DNA of 64,000 bases, from NCBI RefSeq assembly GCF_018350175.1, contig NC_058373.1:107758001-107822000 (forward strand), in the 5' to 3' direction. The position numbers were made by a program, and so were the translations under genes. Of this stretch, positions 50,870 to 64,000 are shown one piece after another (position 1 is the first letter of the stretch; each line of letters starts with the position of its first letter). The notes under the pieces were generated by a model, which did not search any database, was not told the origin of the DNA, and was given only the letters and a program-made list of their open reading frames with translations. This DNA comes from Felis catus. Taxonomy: Eukaryota.

Positions 50870-53391
50870 ATTTTCATCTTATTTTTAAAAATATGTTTCA
50901 GGATATTTGACTGATCTTATCTGATAGCAATACTTATTTTGGTCTTTATGCTCTTTGAAAAGGTGTTCCTTGAGGGAAAGGATAGTTTGATTTCTAATAG
51001 TGTCTAATACAGATTCATGCAGAAGAGGGGTGGTAATAAAGCTTTGGTAGGAGACTTTAAAATATCCATTTTCTTGTGTACACTTTAATGTATCCCTTGT
51101 GTCAAATGGAGGATTCTTTTTTATTAAGGGTGATTATAAAGTAAGTATTTAAGTAATGGACTAAAATTTATTTTCTTGCACGTTTACTAAAAACATGCAC
51201 GGAATGATTTTAAGAGAAGATTTTGGAGACTCATGTTCAAGGTTGAAATCTTTTGACTACTCTTGCTTTGACTTAATTGTTTACTTTCTGGGTGGCTTTT
51301 GAATTCAGTTTTTGGGGAATGTTATTATTCAGGACCGACTGTTACTATTGTTACGTCATGATTTTATTTGCTGCCACTTCCGCATTCTAGTTCACCTGAG
51401 ATCTGGAAGGTCTCCACCAAAACACCTGTATAATCCAGTCTGAATTTAGAAGGTGTCACTGGTGAGTCTCAGGTCCATGAGACTCGAATGAAGTCTTCTA
51501 TAATCACAGATCTCCTTGTACATGACAGAAACTGGCGGGTGACTCACCGGGGGTGGAAGCCTGGAAAACAGCCTGCCAAGAAGGGTAGTCTTTCTGGTAA
51601 CACATTGCCACCCTTTTGAAGCATCCAGGGAACCTGAAGAGCAGGAACTGCCAGTCAGACTGACTGAAGGCTTGGCATTCTTTCATGGAAAGATGACAAC
51701 TCATCCAGGGTGAAAGAGGAAGTGGTGGGGGGGGGGGAGGGCATGGAACAGGAGGGTGACCTGACATTTCCACTGTTTTGGAGACTGCTAGCTCTAGTGC
51801 AGTGGTTGTTTGGGGGAGGGTAGGTGTTGGAATCTTGTACTTCATTGTTACTCTCCTAAGCAGATGTACCATGCCATTTTGTCAAGGAGAACGTGGACTC
51901 ATCTTATCCTTGTGTTGCTACAGAATCCAGATTGCTTGTGATTCCTACTATTCCTCTCACACCGAGTCCTGGACTCTACTGATGATAATTCTAGCATCAT
52001 TAGAAGAACTGGGATTCTCCTGTGTCAAATTTCTGTGAAATTTGAGAGCCAAAAGACTTTTTATAGGCTGTTTCTGGCTTTGCCATTGCCATGTTTTGAG
52101 TGTCAGTTGTTTTTAGTCTCAGTTTATAAGCTTATATAATAAGAGTCAAGCAGTTTAACTGTAGCTGTAGTATTTTTTGATAATTTTTAAAGTGCTGTCT
52201 TGGGAGATCTTCTGGGGAGAAGAGTTACTTCTTGGTTCTTTGTTACTGTGGCCAGAACTCACCCAAGAGTAGAATGAGAACCAGTGGTGAGGAGGCTTCC
52301 CAGAAAATGGTGGGTCATCTGAACACTAGTCAGTTCCCCCAAGTCAGTGGTGGATCTGAGCTTCTGCCATCTTTGGCTAGCAGGACTCCCTTCTCCAAGC
52401 CTGCACCTGGGCCACCAAGTGGTGCTGGGGACACTCACAGCTGGGCAGGTTGGTGCTGCCCATTTCTTTCCCTTTCTAATGATTATTCCAAGCAGTTACC
52501 GTTGTCTGGAAGACCTCTCCACCCCCTCACTCAGATGACCTTGCATCTGACTTCATTAATAACTTGAGCTTCCTCGAATGATCACCAATTTCCTGTCCTG
52601 ATGCCTGCAAACAGTGTGTAGTCAGAGTTAACTTCATCTACTTTGCTCTGGTTTGTCCCACCCCTCTGGCCTCCTCCTGGACCTTACTGTATCATCACTC
52701 GTTGTGCCTTTCTCTTTCTCTAATTTTCAGCTTTCACATCTTTACTGTTTCTCTCCCATTGGCTGTGAAATGTCCTGTGTCTCCCATTTTTGTATTTGTC
52801 ATACTTACTAATGATTGATCTGTTTGTCAGATCCAGTGGACAGTGCTGCGGTCCTTAACCTTCTGGATCTCTTTGTTGTGTTCAGTGTGCCTTGTCAGAT
52901 CTCTTCTCCTAGAGTCTGGCTTCTGGCATGGTCTGTGCCTCTGGTTTTCCAAACTCTGTTACTCTGTCTTGTATGCCCTTTGTGGGCTTCTCTTCCTGTA
53001 CTCACACCTTGCTGTCGGAGTTCATTTCGGGGAGTATTTCCCACAGACTCTGGCTTCAGGACTTCATCTGCTCACTGGCTCTTTGCCACCACCCATGTGT
53101 CCAGGACCCCATGTCTCTGCCTCGCACGGCAGCGCGGTATATAGCCATCTGTTGGTTGTCGTGTGTATATCCTAAAGGCTTCTTAAAGTTACAGGGGCTG
53201 CACCCACCACTTTTCCTCCTAAACCTCCCCTTTCTCCTGTCCTTTGAGACGATTGCATGATGGTGAAGTTGTGGGCTCTGGAATCAGACACATCTGGATT
53301 TGAATTGCAACTCTGCCCCTTCCTTGATGTTTGGTCTTGAACAGGTTATTTAATTCCCAAACCTCAGTGTCTTCCTTTTAAAAATGGGGAT

Positions 53392-53608
53392 GGGGCACCT
53401 GGGTGGCTCAGTTGGTTGAGCGTCCGACTTCTGCTCAGGTCATGATCTCACAGCTCTTGAGTTAGAGCCGCGCGTCAGGCTCTGTGCTGACAGCTCAGAG
53501 CCTGGAACCTGCTTCGGATTCTGTGTCTCCCTCTCTCTCTCTGCCCCTAACCCACTCACATTCTGTCTCTGTCTCAAAAATGAATAAACATTAAAAAAAA
53601 ATTTTAAA
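53392..53608 (+). mobile_element. SINEC_Fc-type inserted in the MIR
   Basis: ggggcacctgggtggctcag head; A tail. Confidence 0.95.
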
Positions 53609-53805
53609 AAGGGGGGGATAAAAACAGGATCTATCTCAGAAGGTTCCTCTGAGGCCATCCCTAGTGGGTCTGTATAGTGCCCGGCTCAGAATACGAGTGT
53701 GATAAATACTAGCTGTTACTGGTAGTGGTCTCTTCATTACCCTCATCACTGAGTCACCCTGTTTAGCTCCTGGATCCAGCCAGTCACCTGGTGTGGCTGA
53801 TTTCT

Positions 53806-54035
53806 TTTTCTTTTTCTTTTTTTTTAGTTTTTTAAAAATGTTTTTATTTATTTTTGAGACAGAGACAGAGCATGAGCAGGGGAAGGGCAGAGAGAGGGAG
53901 ACACAGAATCTGAAGCAGGCTCCAGGTTCTGAGCTGTCAGCACAGAGCCCAACACGGGGCTCGAACTCAGGAGCTGTGAGAGCATGACCTGAGCTGAAGT
54001 CGGACGCTCAACCGACTGAGCCACCCAGGCGCCCC
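53806..54035 (-). mobile_element. SINEC_Fc-type with 16-bp TSD
   Basis: TSD GGTGTGGCTGATTTCT at 53790-53805 and 54037-54052. Confidence 0.96.
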
Positions 54036-55311
54036 AGGTGTGGCTGATTTCTAATTACTGTTTATTTGCTATTTCTGGGAATTTTGGCGTTTCCTCTTGT
54101 CTTGATTCTCACTACTAATGTCTGCGTGCAGGCTCATATTGTTGCTTTCCAATATAAAATCCTAGTCTCCTGCCTTTTATCCCTGCAAATTCTGTAAGCT
54201 ACCAAATGGCCTCTCTCTAACAGGACCTTTCCCCAGGCTGAAGCCCTCTGGCGACTCCCATTTTGTGCAGATCAAAGACCAAGCTCCTTAATGTGGTATA
54301 CTTGGCCTTGCCCTGGCCTTTGCTGGCATTGTAGCCTCTTTTCTCACCACCCTCTTCCTCTAACTTTATTCTTGAGCAACACCGTCTTGCTATGTTCCCT
54401 GTGTCTACCATGCCATTTAGGCTGTGTCTTGTTTTCATTATCCACATTGCTTGGAATGTTTTCTTCCCTGCCTTTGCCTTACTAACTCCTCCTCATGCTG
54501 AGGACTCAACTCAGGTGTTACCTCCTCCAAGAAGCCTTCCCTGACCCTCCCAAATTGGTTAGGTAACCTTCCATAGAGTCCTGTCTTCTCTGTGCTCATC
54601 ATATACTTCCATGCTAGATCATGATCTATTTATGTGGTTTCCTTCCAACCGAAGTCCTGAAGGGCAGAAACTATGTGTCACTCAACTGTATATTTTTTGC
54701 GCCTGGCTTGATGCTTGACATGTAGTAGTCTCATGAAATGTTTGCTAAATGAATGACTGAATTCAAGAACAAGCGAACCTCCCGATGACCTTGGTTTCCT
54801 GTTTGTGTGGACGACAGTGTTCTGGGGCAGGGCTGGGTATCAGCAGTTCACATCATAGCTGGGTGGCCACACCTGAGGTAGACACCCTAATATTCCTTCC
54901 TCTGAGTCCCTAGCCCTAGATCCTGGAGTGAGGCTATCAACTAAGGAGTGTCAGAGCCTGAAAGTTATTCTTGTGAAGAATGAAAGAAAATATATCACAT
55001 TATTTGGGTTAGTTCTAATGTTTTTTTTTTCCCTCATAGAGCACTTTAATGTTTTAAAACCTATCGTAACGTTAATACTTTCTATTTGCATGAGCACTTC
55101 CCTGTTGGGAGACACTGCAGGTGTGAAGTTTTCTGAGTAGTGTCACACCACAGTGGACCTACTTTCCATCAATATGGAGATAGAGAATGTGTATACTTTG
55201 AGACAGAACTTCTTTAGAGATGTAGACTGATCTATTTGAGAGACTGCCTGTTTCCTAATCTTTTATTTTAAAAAAATCCTGGCCAAACACTAAAAAGCCT
55301 AGACCATTTAG

Positions 55312-55460
55312 AACTGTGCTGCCTGACACGCAGACTGAAATTCAGATCCTCAGTCACATGAGCCATATTTCAAGTCTGAATAGCCACATATGGCCAGTGC
55401 CTACCATAGTGGATACCTCAGATATAGAACATTCCTATCATTGCAGAAAACTCTGTTTTT
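55312..55460 (-). mobile_element. MER3-like fragment
   Basis: cctcagtcacatgagccatatttcaagt..aatagccacatatggc..gatatagaacattcctatcattgcagaaa. Confidence 0.75.
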
Positions 55461-55811
55461 GAATGCAGGAGTCTTGATGGACAATATCAAAGCCACGTTC
55501 CCACAGAGGGAGTTTAACAGAGCTGTGAAATAAGAATTTTTACCGGGAACATCATAGAATTGCTGTATCATTTTACATAGTGGATGTAGCATTACATCAT
55601 CTTATCATTTGAGCATGTCTCTATATTCAGGGACAACAACATTCAGACACCAAATAACGTTATATTGCCTATCTGAAAGTGTTTTCTTATACAACACAAA
55701 AGGGAAAAGAAAGAACACAGGTTGAGTAAATTGAATTATTTTTCTTGCTTCACTTTATCAGAATAACTCAGAGGCTAAAATGTATCCTGGAACTAAATAT
55801 TTACATTTCTT

Positions 55812-56023
55812 TTTTTTTTTTAATGTTTATTTATTTTTGAGAGAGACAGAGACAGAATGCGAGGGGGTCAGGGCAGAGAGAGAGGGAGGCACATAGTCTG
55901 AAGCAGGCTCCAGGCTCCGAGCTGTCAGCACAGAGCCTGACGCGGGGCTCGAACTCAAGAACTGTGAGATCATGACCTGAGCCAAAGTCGATCACTCAAC
56001 CGACTGAGCCACCTAGGCACCCC
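55812..56023 (-). mobile_element. SINEC_Fc-type with 17-bp TSD
   Basis: TSD AAATATTTACATTTCTT at 55795-55811 and 56024-56040. Confidence 0.96.
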
Positions 56024-56056
56024 AAATATTTACATTTCTTAAAGAAAGTCTTAAGC

Positions 56057-56058
<2 letters not shown>

Positions 56059-56097
<39 letters not shown>
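56059..56097. repeat. (GT)n microsatellite
   Basis: Visible. Confidence 0.97.
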
Positions 56098-56099
<2 letters not shown>

Positions 56100-57084
56100 T
56101 TGGATGACAGAGAAATAAGAGATTCGTACCCTTGGATAATATAAAAATACTTTTAAAAATGAAATCAAAACAAAGAACAAGATATCCTTTTATTTTGCTG
56201 CCCAGTTGCCTTATCCACTTGGCTTCCAGTGGCCTGAAGAATTCAAGGAGCATAGGTTTAGTGCAACTGGAATCGTGGTAGGAAACTCTATCTTGTATAC
56301 CATGGAACTCACTAGAATATTTCTTTGTGGAGCAGGGTAACTGTAGACCAAACACCTTGGATATCAGTACTGTAGAGGGATTGGAGGGATAGGAACCCTC
56401 ATTCAGAAAGAACAAGAACGACAGACCTGTGCAGCTCACTCACATGATTGCAGCTCACAGAGAAGTGTGGTGTGAGTCATTCCATGATGAAAGACCCCAG
56501 GAGACCATAGGTGACTCCCATCTGCTTGGCTCTTGAAGCTCCATTCAGAGGTTGTAGCAGGTGTGATCTTTTTTGGATTAAGAAATTCTCTTTTGTTTCA
56601 TACCCACAACGTCTTTCCCTAGCCTGTTCAGCACAGTGCCTGGAGAAGTTCTTAGGTTTAACTTTTTTTTTTCTTTTTTTGAGAGAAAGAAGAGAGATGT
56701 GAGCTTGAGGGTGAAGGGGATTAAACCCCCCTACTTTTACCTTTCTGTGCCTTTTTCCTCTTGAAGTACTTCATTACTGAGGAAAAGAATAGAGGGTCTG
56801 TAAGTTGGAGTACAGTATGGAAATGTTTATAAGAGATGAAAAGCTAAGGGTGCTTGTTCTAGATGATAATTACAATGGTTGTTCTTGTGTAGACGAAGTG
56901 GGTTCCTGACCAACGTGAAACCTTTCAGGAACAAGTGAAACAGAATTCCAGAGAGTCAATTATTTGTGAACTTTGTTTGTGGGTTTTCTAAAACTTTCAG
57001 CTCTGTCTCCTTTAATGCCAGTGAGGCTTATTTTATACCCTGGATGTCCTCTTTTGAGAAGAGGCCGTACAATTGAGTGTTCTG

Positions 57085-57245
57085 AACTTGGGCTTTGGAG
57101 TAGACAGAGTGGAGATGGAAACCCATGGCCACCGCTTGGACATGTTTTTAAGCTTTCTGAACCTTAATTTTACAACCTGCAAAATGGGAATAGCGATGCT
57201 TACCCCCACAGGCAAGAGAAGGACATTTCCATGTGTGGAATAAGA
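57085..57245 (+). mobile_element. MIR
   Basis: tgggctttggagtagacag..ctttctgaaccttaattttacaacctgcaaaatgggaatag. Confidence 0.75.
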
Positions 57246-57959
57246 AACTAAGTCAAGTAGACTCATTTTCTGAAGGACCTTTCAAAATTATTAAACATGC
57301 TATATTCCTTGATTACTTACATGATTACATCTGGTCACATATTTAAGTTTTACCACACATATGCACTTAGTGCTATAAAAGCATAAACAGAAAGGACTCT
57401 TGATGAGATCAGTGACATAGTTTCAGAATCTGTGTTACTTTAGGGCATTAATCTGAAAATAAAATTGAAGGTGATCAAAAGGATGTGTTTTAATAGCAAG
57501 TTGCTTCTTGAGACTTCTGTATTTATTTAAAAGAAAACAAAGGGGTCAAGGGAAATGAGGAAACTAGAATATTCAAAGGATATTCATTTAGAAAAACAGT
57601 AAAAACCCTTGATGATTTACACTTTTTGCTGTTTGGAGTAGTATCATTGTTTACTGATTTCAGTCCAGCCTAAGCAGAATAATGAATCCAACTTCTCTTC
57701 CAGAGAGTTTTTGAGGACAGACTGCTCAGTTTTGACTGATCACATACATTATTACAGATTTGTAAAAGTCAGGTTTCATGTGACTCTGACACAGAGGAGG
57801 TGGAGTAATCAAGTGTTCCTCCCTAGAACACTATGTAGTGCTCATCACAGGAGGAAATGAAGTTCCCTTTTCCTTAATGCTTGGGCTGCTTATTCCCAAA
57901 GGTGTGTATTCTGTTGAAGCCACAGCAAATGCTGATGATCCTCTTTGTATCTGATAATG

Positions 57960-59000
57960 GGCTAATCCCTAAGGGTACAAAGATGGATAAAGTGTGGCCC
58001 CAGTCTCGTGGTTGCATGTCATGTTAAGGAGGATGTGGATGTGAGTACAGGTGATGTCAATATCAAATCATGAGTGCCATGACAGGTTGCTAAAACGGGC
58101 TCTTACTGCATGTGAGAAGGAGGTCAAGATCAGGCTTGCTTCCTGGAGAAGTCACCTGCACTGAGTCTTGAATGAGGAGTAAGACTTATATGATGAATGG
58201 GCAAGAGGGAAAGAAAAGGATTGTAGGCTAAGAGAATAGCCTACAATGTTAAAGCGTTAAACAGCTATGTATGCTTGTAAGTTCAGGCATTTCAGTATTG
58301 ATCAAGTATAAAGCATGGGGTGGGAGTCAAGGGCTGTAAGGGGTTTGGTGTAGTTGGGGGCCAGCCCACAAAAATTCAGATATATACTATGCGAGGGCTT
58401 AGACTATATGCTTTAGCTGATGGGGAACCATTGAAAAACCCCATTACAATGGGGTGTAAATGGTCAGATTTGCATTTTGGATGGGTTGTCATGGCAGCAT
58501 GGTGGACCATAGATTTGCAGTTGGATGGCAGGAAGCTCTCGTGGTAGGCCATATGAAAGGATCAGACATGCAAGAAAGGAGTGAAAGTCAGAGCTGGAGA
58601 GAAGATAGGTTTGAGCAGTGCCCAAGATGTGAAGTCTATATGATTTTGATCAATTGGCTAGGGGAAATGGATGAGATGGAAGAGACTAGAATGTCTCCTA
58701 AAGTTCTGGTGTCATTATGGATCTAGGGAATGTAGGAGGAATAATTGACATTGGGCTAAGGTGATATATTGATTTTTCACATGTCCACCAGCCAACTGAA
58801 TGTGAGTCTGAAGCTCTGGGAGGGTGGGTGACTGGAGATATGTATCTGTACAGAGGTGGTAGGTAAAACAGTCTGAGTAGTTTGATGCCCAAGGAGAACA
58901 CAGATGAAGGATGGAGTCCCAGGGAAGATCAGACAAAAATGGAGGGATCGGTGAAAGAAGGCCTTCGTAGAGAAATCTCAGAAGGATGGTTCTGAAGGTG
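57960..59000 (-). mobile_element. Degraded L2
   Basis: G/A-rich L2-antisense phrases (gatggggaaccattga, tggtcagatttgcattttgga, gagtctgaagctctgggag). Confidence 0.6.
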
Positions 59001-60537
59001 GACTCTGTGGTTGTTATGGAAGCTGGGAGGGGAGACCTAGCAAACCCTAGGCCACCATAAGCATTTGATGAGATAGCGGGCAAAGTAAAATGGGTTGAGA
59101 CCTTGAAAAAATGGAGATTATTTGGAATATTCCAGTCACTGAAGGACATGGCAGAGGAGCTGATCAAGAAAAAGTGAAAGAAAAGTGAAGAGGTGCTGAG
59201 ACCTAGCCAAGATGAGAAACTGAATTTACAGGGGCCCCAGTGTATATGGCTCCCGGCACTGTATGCCGGAGCAGAGGCAACAGATCGTGAGATTGGTCCA
59301 GGGTGGATTTTCGCTAATCAGATGTGGCTGAAAAGCAAGGTGTGAGGATGTTGCAGGGAGCGGTTGATAAGAGTTGGGAATGAAATGTGGCCAGGAGGGG
59401 CCTAAGAGGCTGGAAGGAAACAGTTCATGGTTTGGGGAAGGCTCTGTAGTGTGAAAGACAGGTGTAGTGGGAGAAGGGCGGGGAGCTGTAGGGTGGTGTG
59501 GAGTTCAGGACAGAGCAGTTCCAGGGTGTGGGTGTGGGAGTAGGTGGCAGAAGTGGCCTGATGGTGAAGGCCAGCTGAGTGGAGGAAGGCCAAATTGGGT
59601 AGAAAAAAGGACTTTGATTCCACTTGGACAAATTTGTAAGATTCACCCTGAATTACGAGACAATGTGCAGAATAAAAAAATGTATTTGGATGTTTATGAC
59701 CACAAAAGATAGAAGAGTGTCCTAAATATTTTGAGCAGCCTATCTCTGAAGACTTCTGTTGGGATTGTCTTATCATTTATTTATGGTGTGGAAAAAATGC
59801 TGAGTTTATGTCTCTTTAAGGAGTAAATTAGGGAGAAAGCTTTGACAATGGATATGATTTATGATGCTACTTTATATATTTATACTTTTCAAAGTTATTT
59901 CATTGATTGCTATTTAGTTTGGTGTTTCTGCATGACCTATTAAAAGTTAATTTCTCTTTCTGTAGACGGAGGGAACACATAACTCACATATTTCATTGGG
60001 TAAGAGAATGAATTATTAACAAAAAGAACTGAACGCTCTAAAGTAAATTTGAGTATTTTCCAGTGCTAAGGAAGGCAATAGATTGAGGCCGAATTATATG
60101 CACTTCTGTGCAATCCTATCTGAAGTTTTATTTTCAACTTTATGTATTTCTGTGTTTAATTTTTTTTAAGCTTCAGGCATCTGTGTCTTCTGAGATTTGA
60201 AAAAATCCAAACAAATCACATTACCATGTATTTTCTGGAGTCCTACTGTGTGCTGGGTTGGTGTGAGGACAGAAAGACGCATTAAGACTTAATTCTGGCC
60301 CCAAAGGACTTCACATTCAGTCAAAGAAACAAGACATAAACACAGGAAAAGTTAGATAATTATGCAGGATTTAAATAGCATGGCATTACATGACTAATAG
60401 AGGCATTGTTCAGGCTGCAATTCCTACAGGAGTTCAGAAGAAAGGTCATTTCCGGCTGTGACGGTAAGGGAAGGGTGTAATGACTGAAGAAATGAAGGGA
60501 AAGAAGAAAAGGGTTAAGTCAAAAGACTGAAATTTGA

Positions 60538-60740
60538 GGGACACCTGGGTGGCTCAGTCGGTTAAGTGTCTGACTCTTGATTGCAGCTCAGGTCACAATC
60601 TCATGGTCACAGCCCTGAGTGGGGCCCGACGCTGTGTGTGGAGTCTGCTTGAGTCTCTCTCTGCCCTTCCCCCTGCTCTCTGCCCCTCTGTCTCTCAAAA
60701 AAAAAAAAAAAAAAAAAAAAAAGAAAGAAAGAAAGAAAGA
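60538..60740 (+). mobile_element. SINEC with A/(GAAA) tail
   Basis: gggacacctgggtggctcagtcgg head; TSD AAAGACTGAAA. Confidence 0.93.
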
Positions 60741-61654
60741 CTGAAACTTGGGAATTACTAAAGCCTTGTTCTGCAACTTCTCTACCTTTTGTCTCAATTT
60801 CCCAATCTGAAGAGGTAATGACGATGTGCTGCCTCCAGACCGTCAGAAGGTGAGACTGTGAGGGCAGAGCTCCTTGCAAATAAGCCCTATTTTTTCCATA
60901 GTGTGTAGGAGGTGCAAACTACACACCTTGGGAAGGTATGTGAAGTTTTAGGTTACTAGGGTGTCTTTTCTGTTGTTGAAATTTACCAAGTAAGATGAAA
61001 AGAATTAGTATATTGCCAAAAGTTTGGCCTTTTTTTTTTTTTTCCTAGTAAGGAAAGACTCCTAAAACTCTGAAGACATTTTAAACAAACTACTAGACAA
61101 ATTCCTACTTTGGTAAAATGGTTTCCATGTTTATTTCTTCATTTCTTTGGGGAAAAAAAATAATGATTCCTAAGGAAGCAAAACAGGAGAGGAGCCAGAT
61201 CCCAGTTAGGAGAAAAATAGCATGTAATTCACCAGTTCACCTGGCATCCGTGAGGAAGTGCAGTGGAGGCTGTAGGTTGGCTGATGGCCACTTCGGGTGA
61301 ACCCAGCTCGACCTCTGGCATTTTGGGGACTCTGGCCTCAGAGTTCATGGGCATCCTGAATATAAGGACACGGGTGTTGGTCATTTCAACCTTATTATTA
61401 ATTGCTTTGGGAATACGGATGGTATTCATTAGGCAAGGGAGCTTGTACCCAGCCAGCTGTGGACCCTTCTTCTACAACCAGCAATCCTTCAGCATCTTTG
61501 TATTCTATGTTTATGTGTATTTTTATACTTGCCTCAGTTGCCAAAGGCTCATCAGTGTAATGAGGTTGAAAATGGAACCCTAGAACTTCAGCCTTAAACC
61601 ACAGCATTCTTCTCTGTTGAGAGTGGTGGCTCCTTCAGCTGTAGTCTTTCCTTC

Positions 61655-61880
61655 TTTCTTTTTTTTTTTTAATTTTTTTAATGTTTTTTTTTATTTTTGA
61701 GACAGAGAGAGACAGAGCATAAATGGGGGAGGGTCAGAGAGAGGGAGACAGAATCCGAAGCAGGCTCCAGGCTCTGAGCTGTCAGCACAGAGCCCGACGC
61801 AGGGCTCGAACTCACGGACCTTGAGATCATGACCTGAGCCGAGGTCAGACGCTCAACCAACTGAGCCACCCAGGTGCCCC
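61655..61880 (-). mobile_element. SINEC_Fc-type
   Basis: Full body; TSD TTTCCTTCT. Confidence 0.95.
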
Positions 61881-63761
61881 TTTCCTTCTAAAATAATAGC
61901 ATTAAGAGGCACCAAGTGTGACATGTCTGAAACAAGTATTTGGATGAATAGGGAAACTCTTCCTGAATGTATCTACTTTCTCACATACTCCACTGCTCCA
62001 CCCCTTTACTGCATCTGGAACTGGTGGCCCAGGGGTCATAAGCAGGACTCTTTCCTACTTTGGCAGGTTGGGGATGTAGAGCTAAGAGAAGGCAGAAGGT
62101 GTGACAAAGAACAACAGGAAAAGGGGAAAGAGACAGGAAGTGAAGAAAGCATGCATTACAACCACAGTGACAGAGTAGAGTCAGCTAGTAATTCCCGGTG
62201 TCGTCTGCCCTACCCCAATCTAAATGTCCATGTCTGACTCAACATCTCCAGAGGACATGCACCCAGGAATACCAACATGAGATGGTGCGACTCGAATATT
62301 GCATGTGTGTGTGTGTGTGTGTTGGAGGTCAGCCCTGATGTAATTGTCACACAGGTCACGATGGGTAAGGTCACGTACAAAAGGTGCGGCATGCCCAAGT
62401 TGTCCCTGGGTGCCGCTCTTGTCCTGAGATTTCCGTGTTCTCAGCACCCAGCTTGGTGGCTGGCATGCAGTAGGTGCTCAATAAATGTCTCCTGGATGAC
62501 TAATTGGATGAATGAATGTTAACTCTGACCCTGTCAGAGGTTCTATGACTTGGAATCATTCTAGAAAGAATTCCACCCAGAGCAGAATTATGTCCTGCTT
62601 TTGACCTTCTTGTGACAACTACAAGGAATGTGTTACCCAGATAGACTATATGCTCCTAACCTGGGGTCCTTGGAGGAGCCTCCAGGTGTCTGAGAGCCTT
62701 GTGAAATGGGATTTTCTAGGGAAGGAGCCAGACGAATCTGTGACCCAACCAGGCAGAGCAGAAGTGCTTTAACCTGGATGAGCCCTTGTGTGTGCATTAC
62801 AGCACCCTCTAATCCAGCACCTGCTATAGGTTCCTGACATAGCCCACCCTTCGCTCTTCCCTGGCTATTACCAGAATTCCCTGAATTAGCCTTCATTATG
62901 AAAAAAAAAAAAAAAAAAAAAAGGAAGAAACCATCTTCTAAGATGATCTTGCCTTCCTTTGATCCTGGGGTGTGTCCTACCTGGGTACAAGGCTTCATGC
63001 TAATGTTCCTTGTGCCTAATGGAGATAGGAGGCGGATCCTCCAGAAGGATTTGTAAGGGAAGCCTTTAAAGGCAGGGCTGACTTTATGGAGTCACTGCCC
63101 AGCAGACACATGTTATGTTTGTGAAATAACAAAGGAAGGATAACTAGGCCAGAGGTCAGAGGATTTAATGCTGATATGCCTTTTGGCAACTCACGGAGCT
63201 CTCCTGTAGGTATTTTCCTTCGGTAGAACTAGGGCTGGTACTAATTACCTCCTGGCTATGGACCTCACATGGGTTGATAGGTGGAGTGTGCTATGGAGGT
63301 TGAAATGTTTTTGCAATTAAACAAAAATTAAAAATAGAAAGATATTTGATTATAAATGGTGATTTCTTCCTTCTAAAATAAAGTCATTAAAAATGTTTGC
63401 AGACTTTGAAGGTGATATAGTTGATGGGGGCATCCAAGCACAGCTGATAATAATTGGTACTTATGGGGAATTGTTTGAAGGGTATTGAACAATACATGCG
63501 TGCATGTATTCCTCATTCATTTATTCAAAACACTTGTGTACGTCCGTCTACTATGTGCCAGTCCCTGGGAAACCTACTTTAGCCCACTCTTGTCACCCAA
63601 TCTGTGTACTTGGCCATAGGGTTTTGGATTTTATAAATCTGCTTTACTCTGACGAACACGACTAGAATTTGCTGTGTAAAACACAGCACTGACTTATGGT
63701 TGGGATATTTCCAAGGTTTGTAACCACTTCCGATGTATCCTATGTGAAGACTCCCTTGAAG

Positions 63762-63950
63762 CAGTGGTTCTGAAACTCCAGCGTGAGCCTGCGTCAGAGT
63801 CACCTAGAGGGCTTGTTAATGTGATCACTGGGCCCCACCCCAGAGTTTCTGATTCACTACATTAAGGGTGGGGCTAGACTTTGCATTTCTAAGAAATTCC
63901 CTGGTGATACTGATGTTGCTAGTCTGGGGACCACACTTCGAGAAACACTA
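63762..63950. mobile_element. MER5A hAT MITE
   Basis: Termini cagtggttctgaaa ... ttcgagaaacacta; internal ggccccaccccagagtttctgattca, ttgcatttctaa. Confidence 0.85.
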
Positions 63951-64000
63951 CATTAGGAACATTTTTTTTTTTCTTTCTTTTTTTTAGACCTAAGGTCCTT

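Larger units (their letters stand above)
52480..54760 (+). mobile_element. Fragmented L2 hosting a MIR (~53255-53720) and two SINECs
   Basis: L2-like 3' end (cctcctccaagaagccttccctgacc, tgaagggcagaaactatgt, aatgtttgctaaatgaatga); MIR gggctctggaatcagac..aacctcagtgtc. Confidence 0.65.
15508..64000 (+). other. PRKCH: PRKCH intron 1 (partial; continues beyond the window)
   Basis: Begins at the GTGAGT donor; no sequence encoding the expected continuation (VDLEPEGKV...) was recognised downstream. Confidence 0.85.

Noticed and set aside
52347..52365. GTGGATCTGAG resembling the start of PRKCH exon 2 (VDLE)
   Set aside because: Does not continue as EPEGKVFV and has no convincing polypyrimidine tract.
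1..64000. CRISPR arrays, operons or other prokaryotic systems
   Set aside because: The sequence is mammalian; recurring repeats are dispersed SINEs and microsatellites, not repeat-spacer arrays.

Overview
Mammalian genomic DNA, almost certainly from a felid (dense carnivore tRNA-derived SINEs, including young SINEC_Fc-type copies). The only supportable protein-coding feature is coding exon 1 of PRKCH (protein kinase C eta; + strand, 15145-15507, N-terminal C2 domain) in a CpG island (~14150-15720). It is preceded by ~14 kb of upstream sequence and followed by ~48.5 kb of intron 1; I did not find exon 2 in the window. The most interesting part is the 5' leader, which has an intact 26-codon uORF orthologous to the human PKC-inhibitory micropeptide uPEP2 but with a diverged pseudosubstrate-like motif. 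The leader also has a short upstream uORF, a five-tract G-quadruplex motif just before the uORF2 AUG, and a 127-codon stop-free in-frame extension. The rest is a TE landscape (SINEC, L1, L2, MIR, MLT2, MER3/5/46C, Tigger-type) with nested insertions, re-used target sites, inverted SINE pairs and a few candidate intronic regulatory elements. I found no convincing wholly novel system. Repeat family names and boundaries come from recognition by eye and are approximate.
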